A model generated the notes under the pieces. That model was not told the origin of the DNA. It ran no database searches and saw only the letters and a list, made by a program, of their open reading frames with translations. The translations under genes and the position numbers were made by a program. Positions 1 through 8,267 of a DNA stretch of 64,000 nt are shown here, piece by piece. Within the stretch, counting starts at the first letter, position 1. Every line of letters begins with the position of its first letter. The DNA is from an uncultured Alphaproteobacteria bacterium (GTDB lineage Bacteria; Pseudomonadota; Alphaproteobacteria; Rhizobiales; Xanthobacteraceae). The stretch is taken from assembly GCA_963741595.1 (NCBI GenBank), contig CAVUIV010000008.1, positions 172,587-236,586 on the forward strand, written 5' to 3'.

Positions 1-99
1 AGCAATCCGACGTCTGTCCCGTCACAAGCCGCCATCGCAAGGCTTGAGGCGTTGGGTCAGGGACTAGCTCGGACGTATTCGTACTTTGAGACACGGGGA

Positions 100-345
100 A
101 TTTAACTTACACCGCATGCCCTCCGCAGTATTAGTGAGCGACCAAACCGTGGCATTACGCCTGAAACCGCGTTGCGCGCGTACAATAACGGGCGTTTGTT
201 CTATGATCCTTCTTCGCGCTATTTCATCCGCCGAGACTCGCAGACCGGCGTCTATGTCGTGGTAACGAGTCCGCGCGGAGGCCTAATTAGAACTGTCGCA
301 GAGGGTGGGATCTCGCCAAGATGGAACCCGGTTCCTTACAGGTGA
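100..345 (+). pseudogene. DUF4258-like toxin-domain remnant. It has no usable start codon, and its frame continues from 1..96 across an in-frame TAA at 97..99.
   Basis: Own frame-1 translation reads LTPHALRSISERPNRGITPETALRAYNNGRLFYDPSSRYFIRRDSQTGVYVVVTSPRGGLIRTV. This fits the [FL]TxHAxxRxxERxI...G...VVV...I(R)TV pattern I associate with DUF4258. The TGA stop at 343..345 lies 3 nt before the next ATG. GC is visibly lower than in the bulk of the window. Confidence 0.4.
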
Positions 346-348
346 AAC

Positions 349-840
349 ATGGAGTCAAAATTCTATATCAAATGCCGGACGGGGCCTGTCGGAGAGGTCG
401 GTCCACTTGTGCTCAGAATTGAGGACGACACCGGGTTCATTAGCGCGTCAATTGCGCCTCCGCGTGGATCTCCGAGAGGACTTAGTATCGACCATCAGGT
501 AATTTTCGATATGCAATCTGATGGCGAGGTGGACGGTATCGAGATTCTTTGTCCTTACGAAATGGACTTGACCTCCAGGAGGGCGTTGCCGCGTCCCCAG
601 GAGACATACTGGAGGCTGTTCCTGGACCCAAGCGGGAAAGAGATTATGGCGCCTGACGTAGTGGTCGTCATGCAGCGTCTTGATCGCTTTTTAAATATCC
701 AATTCAAGGCTGGCGATGTAGATGCGAAGTATCTGCTAGGGCCGGGCATTACGGCGCTCGTCGGAGCCAACGAACTGCTTGGCCTGAAAATTGAGATGGC
801 CAAATTTATTTGGCCTAAGCCAGAGTTTTTGAAGCGTTGA
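349..840 (+). CDS. Hypothetical protein, DUF2283-like (candidate antitoxin/immunity partner of the upstream toxin remnant)
   Basis: Track ORF of 163 aa. It contains FDMQSDGEVDGIEILCPYEMD (a DUF2283-type D..G.i.GIEIL signature) and a weaker second copy (LNIQFKAGDVDAKYLL...LLGLKIE). It is tightly coupled to the preceding frame and has lower GC. Confidence 0.5.
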   Translation: MESKFYIKCRTGPVGEVGPLVLRIEDDTGFISASIAPPRGSPRGLSIDHQVIFDMQSDGEVDGIEILCPYEMDLTSRRALPRPQETYWRLFLDPSGKEIMAPDVVVVMQRLDRFLNIQFKAGDVDAKYLLGPGITALVGANELLGLKIEMAKFIWPKPEFLKR

Positions 841-899
841 CGTGGTTCGCTTGGCCCTGATCCGATCAAATTGAATCGTGATCAGAGTTTAATGTTTTG

Positions 900-975
900 C
901 GTTTGAGCATGATCCCTCGGGTCAAGCCCGAGGGCATGCCTTTCCGAAAACCGGTTTTCACGTTTCGGGCTCATG
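900..975. repeat. REP-like palindromic intergenic element (Bradyrhizobiaceae type)
   Basis: There are nested hairpins. One is ccctcggg/cccgaggg at 914..934, flanked by gcatg/catgc. The other is ccgaaa/tttcgg at 944..968 around the palindrome aaccggtt. The pseudo-translation is MIPRVKPEGMPFRKPVFTFRAHAL. A related copy lies at 60651..60755 in the opposite orientation. Confidence 0.6.
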
Positions 976-977
976 CC

Positions 978-1847
978 CTAAATCGGTTTCTCGCCTTTGA
1001 TCGCGACGCGGCGCATCAGGCGCCGTTCCTTGTCGCTGAAATCGGTGCGCGCGTGCAGCGTGCAGCGATTGTCCCACACCAGCACGTCGTTCGGACGCCA
1101 GACGTGCTCGTAGACGAAAGTCCGCTGTTCCTGATGATCGAACAGCGTGTTGAGAATCTCCCCACCTTCTTCGTCCGACAATCCCTCGACTGCAACCGTC
1201 ATCAGGCGGTTGACGAACAGTGCCTTGCGCCCGGTGACGGGATGCGTCCGCACGATCGGATGCCAGTATGCGGGCACGCCTTCACGCACCGTGGTGCCGC
1301 GGACGGTTGAAGCAACGTCATAGTCATAGGCGTTGAGCGCCTTGCGGCCGTCGATCTTTTGCTTGATGTCGGCGGGTAGCGTCTCGTAGGCGGTGTAGGC
1401 ATTCGCGAACAGCGTATTGCCGCCGACGCTCGGCACCTCAAGCGAGTAAAGCATCGTCGCCTTTGCCGGCCGCTCCTGATGGCATTGATCGGTGTGGAAC
1501 TGCATCTCGCCATCCGGCAGCGCGCCGATCTGCTTGCCGTCCTCGCGGATGTTCGAGATCAGCATGATCGCCGGATTCTTGGCCTGATAGTGGCCGCGCG
1601 TGCTCATGGAGATCGGCCCGAAGCGTTCGGCAAAACGGACCTGCTCGTCCTCGCTCAGATGCTGGTCGCGCAGCAGGATGACCAAGTGCTGGTGCCACGC
1701 ATGCAGCACGCTCGCGCACAGTTCGTCGCTCATCGGCGCGCTGAGGTCGAGCCCGATCAGTTCGGCGCCGAGCGCCGGCGACAAAGGCCGCACCTGAAAC
1801 GGCAGCGGGGAGGGCGCCGCGGCATCCGAAACATTGGCGAACGTCAT
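978..1847 (-). CDS. TauD/TfdA-family Fe(II)/2-oxoglutarate-dependent dioxygenase
   Basis: Intact 289 aa ORF. It has the HxD motif in GEMQFHTDQCH and the distal His/Arg region WDNRCTLHARTDF. Overall similarity is to taurine-dioxygenase-like proteins. Confidence 0.85.
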   Translation of the reverse strand: MTFANVSDAAAPSPLPFQVRPLSPALGAELIGLDLSAPMSDELCASVLHAWHQHLVILLRDQHLSEDEQVRFAERFGPISMSTRGHYQAKNPAIMLISNIREDGKQIGALPDGEMQFHTDQCHQERPAKATMLYSLEVPSVGGNTLFANAYTAYETLPADIKQKIDGRKALNAYDYDVASTVRGTTVREGVPAYWHPIVRTHPVTGRKALFVNRLMTVAVEGLSDEEGGEILNTLFDHQEQRTFVYEHVWRPNDVLVWDNRCTLHARTDFSDKERRLMRRVAIKGEKPI

Positions 1848-1913
1848 GTGATCCTCCCGATTATTCTTGCCGGCGCGAAAGCCGGCGCAGGATACGGGAT
1901 ATCCGCGGCGAAG

Positions 1914-2513
1914 TCATCGCCGCGCGGCGGCAGCCTCGCGCCGGCGGGTGCGGGACGCAGCGATCGGCGTGGCGCTGCGGGCGACGCGCTTCGCCAGCCG
2001 CGCGATCTCCGATCCGTGGTTCTGGAAGTAGTGCCGAATCCAGTAGACGAACGCGTCGGGCTTTGTTGCGATGCGGCGCGCGATGTCGTCGGGGCTCGCG
2101 AATTCGACCTCGGACACCTCGGCGGGATCGGGATCGGGCTGCGCGACCAGCGGTCCAAAATAGACGTAGACGTATTCGTTCTCCTGCATCCCGCCGTCGA
2201 GGTCGGCGCGGTAGCGGCTGAAAAATCCGAACGTCAGCGGCGCGCTGATGCCGAGCTCCTCGGTGAGCCTTCGGCGCGCGGCGGTGAGCGTGCGCTCGCC
2301 TGGACGCGGATGGCCGCAGCAGGAGTTCGCCCACAAGCCGCCGGAATGATACTTCTCGCGGCTGCGCCGCTGCAGCACGATGCGCCCCTCGTGATCCACG
2401 ATGAAGATCGAGAACGCGCGGTGCAGCAGGCCGGCGCGATGAACATGTGTCTTCGTGCCGGTGCCGGTGGCGCGGTTTTGCTCGTCGACCAGGATCAGCC
2501 GTTCTTCAGCCAT
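1914..2513 (-). CDS. idi: Isopentenyl-diphosphate delta-isomerase, type 1 (Nudix)
   Basis: Intact 199 aa ORF with the motifs HRAFSIFIV, WANSCCGHP and ENEYVYVYFG, which are typical of type-1 IDI. Confidence 0.85.
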   Translation of the reverse strand: MAEERLILVDEQNRATGTGTKTHVHRAGLLHRAFSIFIVDHEGRIVLQRRSREKYHSGGLWANSCCGHPRPGERTLTAARRRLTEELGISAPLTFGFFSRYRADLDGGMQENEYVYVYFGPLVAQPDPDPAEVSEVEFASPDDIARRIATKPDAFVYWIRHYFQNHGSEIARLAKRVARSATPIAASRTRRREAAAARR

Positions 2514-2596
2514 GCGCTGCTATAGTGTGATTGTCGGCGGATGACAACGCGCGGTTACCGGCGGGGTTGAGGCGTGGAAAACAAGTTGCCCCGATA

Positions 2597-3008
2597 CTAC
2601 CCTACAGCGGCGAGCTTCGCCGCCTTGGCCTTCAGCCGCTCCTTGGTCCGGGCGACGTCGACCACGAAGCGCGTGTGAGTGCCGGCGCTCACGGTGTCGA
2701 GCTCGTCCTTGGCCGAGACGTCGAACGTAACCTTGCGACCATCGACCGCCGTGACGCGGACCATGATCTCCACCGTGCTGCCGGCCAGTGTCGGCGCCAG
2801 ATGTTTCACCGCGACCTCCATCCCGACCGAGTTCTTCGCCGGGGTCGGCGTGGGCCACGATCAGGTCGCGGCAGGTGAATTCGATGTCGCCGATCAGCCG
2901 TGGCGTCGCATAGACGCGGGCATCCTCACCCATGAAGCCGATGGTTCGGTCGCGATCGATCTGGATACGCTTGACGGTCGACAATCCGGGCTGAAGGCTT
3001 GGCTTCAT
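2597..3008 (-). pseudogene. Hotdog-fold thioesterase (fluoroacetyl-CoA thioesterase-like), one frameshift
   Basis: The N-terminal part is in track ORF 2520..3023 (MKPSLQPGLSTVKRIQIDRDRTIGFMGEDARVYATPRLIGDIEFTCRDLIVAHADPGEE). The C-terminal part is ORF 2597..2821 (MEVAVKHLAPTLAGSTVEIMVRVTAVDGRKVTFDVSAKDELD...). There is a single 1-nt frame change near 2838. Confidence 0.7.
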
Positions 3009-3199
3009 GGTCTCTTCTCTCATGTCGTGGCGGTCAGGTTACGCCGTTCGCGCTGTGGTGACCACGGTCGAAGTGCCTGCGGCGCAGGCTTTGTCGCAGG
3101 GCTGCCGGCTTGGCGGGCAGCCGAAAGTAACCTAGGTTCCCGGCCACAACGGCGCGATGCACAAGCGCCGACCCGTTTCCACGGCCAGAGGAGCCCAAG

Positions 3200-4171
3200 A
3201 TGTCCCACCTGCGCGCCGCATTCGCTGCGCTAACCCTCACGATTCCATTCGCTCTTGCCGCGGGTGTCGCGATGGCGCAACCCACCACCCCGACGATGAA
3301 GTTCATCATTACGCATCCGGCCGGCGGCCTGCCTGATACGGTCGCGCGGATTGTCGGGCGGCGGATGCAGGAGCGTCTCAACCAAACCATCGTGGTCGAG
3401 AACCGCTCCGGCGCCAACGGCGGCATCGCCGTCAATGCCATGACCAGCGCGCCGGCCGACGGAACCACCTTCGTGGTTACCGACGGCGCGATCCTGTCGA
3501 TCAATCCGCAGCTCTATTCCAAGCTCTCGTACAACCCGAAGGACGTCGTGCCGGTCGCGGTGTTCGCCACCGCGCCGCTGTTCTTGGCGGTGCATCCGTC
3601 ATTGCCGGCGTCGACGATGCAGGAACTCATCGCCCACGTGAAGGCGAACCCCGGCAAATACAATATCGGATCGTCGGGCATCGGCAGCGTGCATCACATT
3701 TCTCTCGAAGCCCTGAAGATCGGGTTTGGCCTCCAGATCAGCCATATTCCGTACAAGGGCACCGGTGAGGCCGTGCCGGCGCTGCTGGGCGGGCACGTGC
3801 AGATGCTGTTCTCGGCTTATCCTTCGCTTGCCGGAGCAGCGGGAACGAAGCGCGTGACGCTTTTGGCGACCAACGGCACGACGCGCTCGTTGCAGGCGCC
3901 TGATCTGCCGGCGATCTCCGAGTTCATTCCGGGATTCAGCTACGCGCCGTTCGTCGGCATCTACGCGCGTGTTGGGACGCCGGCGGCCGTGATCGAGAAG
4001 ATCTCGGCGGAAGCGATGGCGATCGTGAAGGAGCCGGACATCGTCAAGCAATTCGCCAAGGTTGGCGTCGAGCCACTCGGCGGCGGTGCGGCCGAATTCC
4101 GCAAGCTGCTTGACGGCGAGATCGAGCGCGTCGCCAAGGTGGTCAAGGCGGCCAAGATCAAGGTGGAGTGA
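3200..4171 (+). CDS. Bug/TctC-family tripartite tricarboxylate transporter substrate-binding protein
   Basis: Intact 323 aa ORF with a signal peptide and the motifs NRSGANGGIAV, IGSSGIGSVHHISLE and HIPYKGTGEAVPALLGGHVQ. Confidence 0.85.
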   Translation: MSHLRAAFAALTLTIPFALAAGVAMAQPTTPTMKFIITHPAGGLPDTVARIVGRRMQERLNQTIVVENRSGANGGIAVNAMTSAPADGTTFVVTDGAILSINPQLYSKLSYNPKDVVPVAVFATAPLFLAVHPSLPASTMQELIAHVKANPGKYNIGSSGIGSVHHISLEALKIGFGLQISHIPYKGTGEAVPALLGGHVQMLFSAYPSLAGAAGTKRVTLLATNGTTRSLQAPDLPAISEFIPGFSYAPFVGIYARVGTPAAVIEKISAEAMAIVKEPDIVKQFAKVGVEPLGGGAAEFRKLLDGEIERVAKVVKAAKIKVE

Positions 4172-4211
4172 GCGGCAGATCGTATATCGCACGGAGCGCG
4201 GCGACGTCGTT

Positions 4212-5897
4212 CTACCGACCCGTCCGCGCCAGCGAATTCACCCATCCGTGCATGCGCGACTTGGCGTTGGCAATGTCCTGCTTGGTGAAGAACTTCTCCG
4301 GATTGACCTTGTCGATCGGATAGACCGGGCGCAGGAAGTCGCTCTCGTAGCCGAACGGTACGGTCGCATCGATACCCATGCCGCCCTCGAACTGCGTGTT
4401 CGAGGCGGTCCATTGCTTGTCGCCGGCGGTCATGCGCTCGGCCGGCATGAAGGTCTGTCCGCGGCCGCCGGGGATCGGATTGAGGATGTCGCTGCGTGGA
4501 TTGACGCGGGTCGTCAGGCACCACATCACGTCGTCCATCGAGTAAGGATCGACGTCCTCCGACACCGCGATGGCCAGCCGCATGCCCTGCGAGCAGGACA
4601 GCGCAGCGGCCATGAAGTTGCGCTGCCAGCCCTCGTCGATCTGGTGGCGCTTCTTCACCTGGATGATGCAGCCGCCCCAATCGGTCATGCAGTAAGGGAT
4701 CACCACGTTCTGCACGATGCCGGGCTGCAGCCGCTCGCACAGCTCGAAGATCGCGGCTTCGCGCACCGTCGTGTCGATGTTGTGGTCGTCGAGGGTGTGG
4801 ACGCCGAGCGCAAAGATGATCGGCTTGGTCTCGGGCTTGCGCATCGTCACCGCGGTGACGTGGAAGGTCGGCGCCTTGTAGGCCTTGCCCATGTAGCCGG
4901 CCCATTCCGGATGGAAGTGGAAGCGGCCTTGGATGCCGGCGTCCTCCGATTCCTTGGTCTCGAAGCGGCGATCGCGCGGATTGACGTAGCCTTCGAGCAC
5001 GAGCTCGGCATCGGCGAGCGCCATGGCATTCACCGTGCGCGCCTTCACCAGCCGGATCGGTGAGCGCTGCACAGCGCCCGCGATCCCGATCTCGTCGCAG
5101 CCCATCGGCAGCACCGCATAGTCGAACCCTGCACCCGCCATCAGCGTGCAGGCCGGCGGCACGCCGAAGCACATGGTGATCGGCACCGGCTCATTGGATT
5201 TGTAGTACTTGTTGACCACCTGCCACATGTGTGAGCCGGGCGAGATCTGGAACGTGCCGACATTGCCCCAGCGGAAGTTCATGCGGTTGTAACCGAGGTC
5301 GGAACCGCCATCGAATTCCGGCCCGGTCACGCAGCGGATACCAGAGCCGACCGTCAGTTCCGGCTCATAAGTCGTGTGCCGGATCGGCACCAGATACTTG
5401 TTGACGTCCTTCGGCTTGAGCACCACGTGCTCTTGCACCGGCGCTTCGTCTTGCGAGATCTCCACCGACTTGAGTGGCTTGCGCAACGCTTCGGCGAGCT
5501 TGCGCACGCGCTCGGCATCGGTCTTCCAGCCGAACATCTTGTTGATGACCGCCATGTCGCCGAACAGATTGGTGATGACGCGGTGGTTCGGCTTGCCCTT
5601 GACGTTGTGGAACATCACCGGGCAGCCGCCGTCCATGTGCTTTTGCAGGCCGGTCACTTCGAGGTCCGGATTGACCTCCTTGGTGGTTTCGATCAGGTCG
5701 CCTTGCGCCTTGAGCCACGCGAGCGTGCTGCGCAGGTCGTGTGCATGGTTGCTGGAAGGTGCAGTGACTTTGGCGGCCTTGCCGCTCTTCTTCGCCTTGG
5801 CGGCGAGCACCTTGTCTTTGCGGATGTGCCGTTGCATCAAGCCACGTCCCTGGTTGTCGGCGAAATCCCGACCGGTCGCCGATCGCGGACTTTGCAT
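4212..5897 (-). CDS. UbiD-family (prFMN-dependent) decarboxylase, divergent paralog
   Basis: Intact 561 aa ORF with UbiD-like organisation. The acid/base loop region reads QGRFHFHPEWAGYMG instead of the canonical EGPFGEhTGYY. The true start may be the internal MQRHIRK at about 5837. Confidence 0.75.
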   Translation of the reverse strand: MQSPRSATGRDFADNQGRGLMQRHIRKDKVLAAKAKKSGKAAKVTAPSSNHAHDLRSTLAWLKAQGDLIETTKEVNPDLEVTGLQKHMDGGCPVMFHNVKGKPNHRVITNLFGDMAVINKMFGWKTDAERVRKLAEALRKPLKSVEISQDEAPVQEHVVLKPKDVNKYLVPIRHTTYEPELTVGSGIRCVTGPEFDGGSDLGYNRMNFRWGNVGTFQISPGSHMWQVVNKYYKSNEPVPITMCFGVPPACTLMAGAGFDYAVLPMGCDEIGIAGAVQRSPIRLVKARTVNAMALADAELVLEGYVNPRDRRFETKESEDAGIQGRFHFHPEWAGYMGKAYKAPTFHVTAVTMRKPETKPIIFALGVHTLDDHNIDTTVREAAIFELCERLQPGIVQNVVIPYCMTDWGGCIIQVKKRHQIDEGWQRNFMAAALSCSQGMRLAIAVSEDVDPYSMDDVMWCLTTRVNPRSDILNPIPGGRGQTFMPAERMTAGDKQWTASNTQFEGGMGIDATVPFGYESDFLRPVYPIDKVNPEKFFTKQDIANAKSRMHGWVNSLARTGR

Positions 5898-5901
5898 TGC
5901 A

Positions 5902-5911
5902 TAGATATCTA
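5902..5911. promoter_or_regulatory. Perfect 10-bp palindrome TAGATATCTA in the AT-rich divergent UbiD/MarR intergenic region (candidate MarR operator)
   Basis: The palindrome is read directly from the sequence. It is the only AT-rich stretch between the divergent starts at 5897 and 6046. Confidence 0.25.
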
Positions 5912-6045
5912 AGTATTATTATGCCGGATCGGCCGAAAGGCTGTCAATCGCGGCATCCGGACATGCAACAGTCACTCGCGGGGCGCAAGGCAAACGGTGG
6001 CGCGGTTGGTCGCACAAGGCGGATGCGGCGGCCGCGGCCGGCGAT

Positions 6046-6477
6046 TTGCCGCACAACGAGAGCAGCGGATACTTGGTGCGCGACGCGCATCGCGCCTTCC
6101 AGCGGTTGCTGGAACGGCGGATTGCCCCGCACGGGGTGACGCGCGGGCAGTGGTACTTCCTGCGCGTGTTGTGGAGCGAGGACGGCCTCTCGCAGCGTGA
6201 ACTGTCGGCGCGCGTGGGGATGATGGAGCCCACCACGGTCATTGCGCTCCGCGGCATGGAGAAGGCGGGATTGATCCGCCGTGTCCGCAGCACCAACGAT
6301 CGGCGCGTGACCCATGTCCGGCTCACGGCCAAGGCCAAGCGCATGCGCGACGGCCTTTTGAAGCTCGCACGCGGCATCAATGCGCAGGCAGACCAAGGCA
6401 TTTCCGCCGGGGATATCGCGGTGTTCCGTCGCGTCATCATGCGGATGACGGAGAACCTGGATCAGATCGGGCAGTAG
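6046..6477 (+). CDS. MarR-family transcriptional regulator
   Basis: Intact 143 aa ORF with a winged-helix segment LSQRELSARVGMMEPTTVIALRGMEKAGLIRRVRSTNDRRVTHVRLT. Confidence 0.85.
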   Translation: MPHNESSGYLVRDAHRAFQRLLERRIAPHGVTRGQWYFLRVLWSEDGLSQRELSARVGMMEPTTVIALRGMEKAGLIRRVRSTNDRRVTHVRLTAKAKRMRDGLLKLARGINAQADQGISAGDIAVFRRVIMRMTENLDQIGQ

Positions 6478-6482
6478 CGACG

Positions 6483-8021
6483 CTACTCGCGGGCTTCGCG
6501 GTTCCAACGCTCCGCCAGCGCGCGGCGATCGAGCTTTCCGCGCTCGGTCTTCGGCAGCTCCGCGCAGAGCACGATACGCTTCGGTGCCTTGAAAGCGGGA
6601 AGGCCGTCGCTGCAATAGCGCAACAGCGCGTCCGTATCGATCGCGGCGGCCGGCCGCGCCACCACGTAGCTCACGACCTCCTCGCCATAGATTGCATCCG
6701 GCACGCCGACGGTCGCGACCTCGATCAGGGCAGGATGCTGCATCAGGAAACTGTCGATTTCGAGCGGTGAGATGTTGACCCCGCCGCGAATGATCAGATC
6801 CTTCGCGCGGCCGGTGAGACGGAGATATCCGTCCTCGTCGATCAGGCCGAGATCGCCGGTGAGCATCCGATTGCGACCGCTGACCGTCACGCGGCCATCG
6901 TCCGCCAGATAGCGGTAGTCGTGATCCGCAAAACCTCCAATCTCGACTTGGCCGATCTTGCCGCCGGTCGATCGGTTGCCCTCGCCATCGATGATGGCGA
7001 CATCGTGGTAGGGGAGCGGTCGGCCGACCGTTCCGTGCCGCCGCGACTCGCCCGGGATCGCTGCAATCCAGCCGGTCTCGCTCGACCCGTAACCTTGCGC
7101 GATCGGAATGCCGAAGCGCTCCTCAAAGCGGCGCCATTCCTCCACCGTAAGCGGCGCGGAACTCGATGTGATAAAGCGCAGCGTCGGCATGTTGTCGCGA
7201 TGTGCAGTCACGTCACCATTGAGCAGGATGTTGAGGGTGGTGGGATTGCCGGCGGCAACGGTGATCCGATGCTCGCGCATATGCGGGAAAAACCGGCTGG
7301 CGGAGAACTTCTGCGCCATCACCAGCGTCGCGCCACGGTTGACCGGCACCAGCGCTCCGAGGAGCTGGGCCGACGCCCAATTGAACGAACGAAAATCATA
7401 GACGCGATCGTCGGCGGTGATACCGAATCCGTCGGCGGCGGGATCGATGTTGAGCAAGTGCTCGCGATAGTTCAGCACCACGCCCTTGGGCTTCGCGCTG
7501 GTCCCCGAGGTAAACAGGATGACCGCATCGTCGCCCGGCCCTGCCTCGGTATGCGCATCCGACGGTGCGCACTGCGCCACCTCGCCAAAGAACGTATCGG
7601 CAGCCGGCGCGTCGGAGCGGCCCAGTCGCAAGCGCGGTACCGTGACCGCTGCAAGCAGGTCATCGAGCTGCAAGCCATCCTGATAAAGGACGAGCGCCGG
7701 CGAAAGCCGCTCAAAGATGTCGTCGAGCTGGTTGCGGTTCATCTCGACGTGGACCGTGCAGATGGTCGCGCCGTAGGCCATCACGCCGAAATAGCAAAGC
7801 AGGTGCTCCACTGAATTGCCGGCGAGCAGCGCAACGCGGTCGTTCGTGCGCAAACCCCGCTGGTGCAAGAACGTCGCGATCCGGCGGGTGACGTCGCGCA
7901 GTTCGCCATAGCTCACGGTGCGCCCATCGTCGGCGGAAACGACCCAGGGCTTGGCCGGATCGCGCGCGGCGGCGCGGACGATCCAATCTTGCAGGAGCTG
8001 TGGGCCGGCGGGTGTCGCCAT
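6483..8021 (-). CDS. AMP-forming acyl/aryl-CoA ligase (adenylate-forming family)
   Basis: Track ORF 6483..8057. Motifs present are LFTSGTSAKPKGVVL, GYGSSETG, TGDLGLIDEDGYLRLTGRAKDLI and a C-terminal PKTERGKLDRRAL. I prefer the ATG at 8021 (MATPAGPQLL), which has AAGG upstream. Confidence 0.85.
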   Translation of the reverse strand: MATPAGPQLLQDWIVRAAARDPAKPWVVSADDGRTVSYGELRDVTRRIATFLHQRGLRTNDRVALLAGNSVEHLLCYFGVMAYGATICTVHVEMNRNQLDDIFERLSPALVLYQDGLQLDDLLAAVTVPRLRLGRSDAPAADTFFGEVAQCAPSDAHTEAGPGDDAVILFTSGTSAKPKGVVLNYREHLLNIDPAADGFGITADDRVYDFRSFNWASAQLLGALVPVNRGATLVMAQKFSASRFFPHMREHRITVAAGNPTTLNILLNGDVTAHRDNMPTLRFITSSSAPLTVEEWRRFEERFGIPIAQGYGSSETGWIAAIPGESRRHGTVGRPLPYHDVAIIDGEGNRSTGGKIGQVEIGGFADHDYRYLADDGRVTVSGRNRMLTGDLGLIDEDGYLRLTGRAKDLIIRGGVNISPLEIDSFLMQHPALIEVATVGVPDAIYGEEVVSYVVARPAAAIDTDALLRYCSDGLPAFKAPKRIVLCAELPKTERGKLDRRALAERWNREARE

Positions 8022-8267
8022 CGTCAACCTTGGAGAATTGCTTAGCATTATAAGCATTGTGCGAGCGCCATGCCAACGGGTGGAGCGGCGGCAGCGATTG
8101 ACTGGGCCATCCCCAACACTGGCGGCGGAGGGCGCCGCAACCGCAGACCTTCAGGCACGCTTTAACTTTTGCTTCCGGGCAGCACCGCCTGTGTATAATG
8201 CCGGCGCCGGCGAGGCGTCGCGCCTCCCCGGATTCATCGTTCCGATCGAAGGTCTTGGGAGGACCGC

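Noticed and set aside
897-1310. Track ORF of 137 aa starting MRLSMIPRVKPEGMPFRKPVFTFRAHAL
   Set aside because: The N-terminus is the pseudo-translation of the REP-like element, and the remainder is antisense to the intact TauD-family gene.
3961-5172. Long track ORFs on the strand opposite to, or out of frame with, well-supported genes. Examples are 3961..5172(-), 8316..9794(-), 35984..37291(-), 41810..42637(-), 47110..48309(+), 58931..59983(-) and 61325..62263(+).
   Set aside because: Their translations are Arg/Ala/Gly/Pro-rich and low in complexity with no family resemblance. They fully overlap genes with clear homology. These are typical shadow ORFs of a high-GC genome.
8169-8199. Sigma-70-like promoter TTGCTT-N19-TATAAT upstream of the second UbiD gene
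   Set aside because: The -10 hexamer is perfect, but the 19-nt spacer is longer than optimal and consensus E. coli boxes are poor predictors in alphaproteobacteria. I kept it only as a note.
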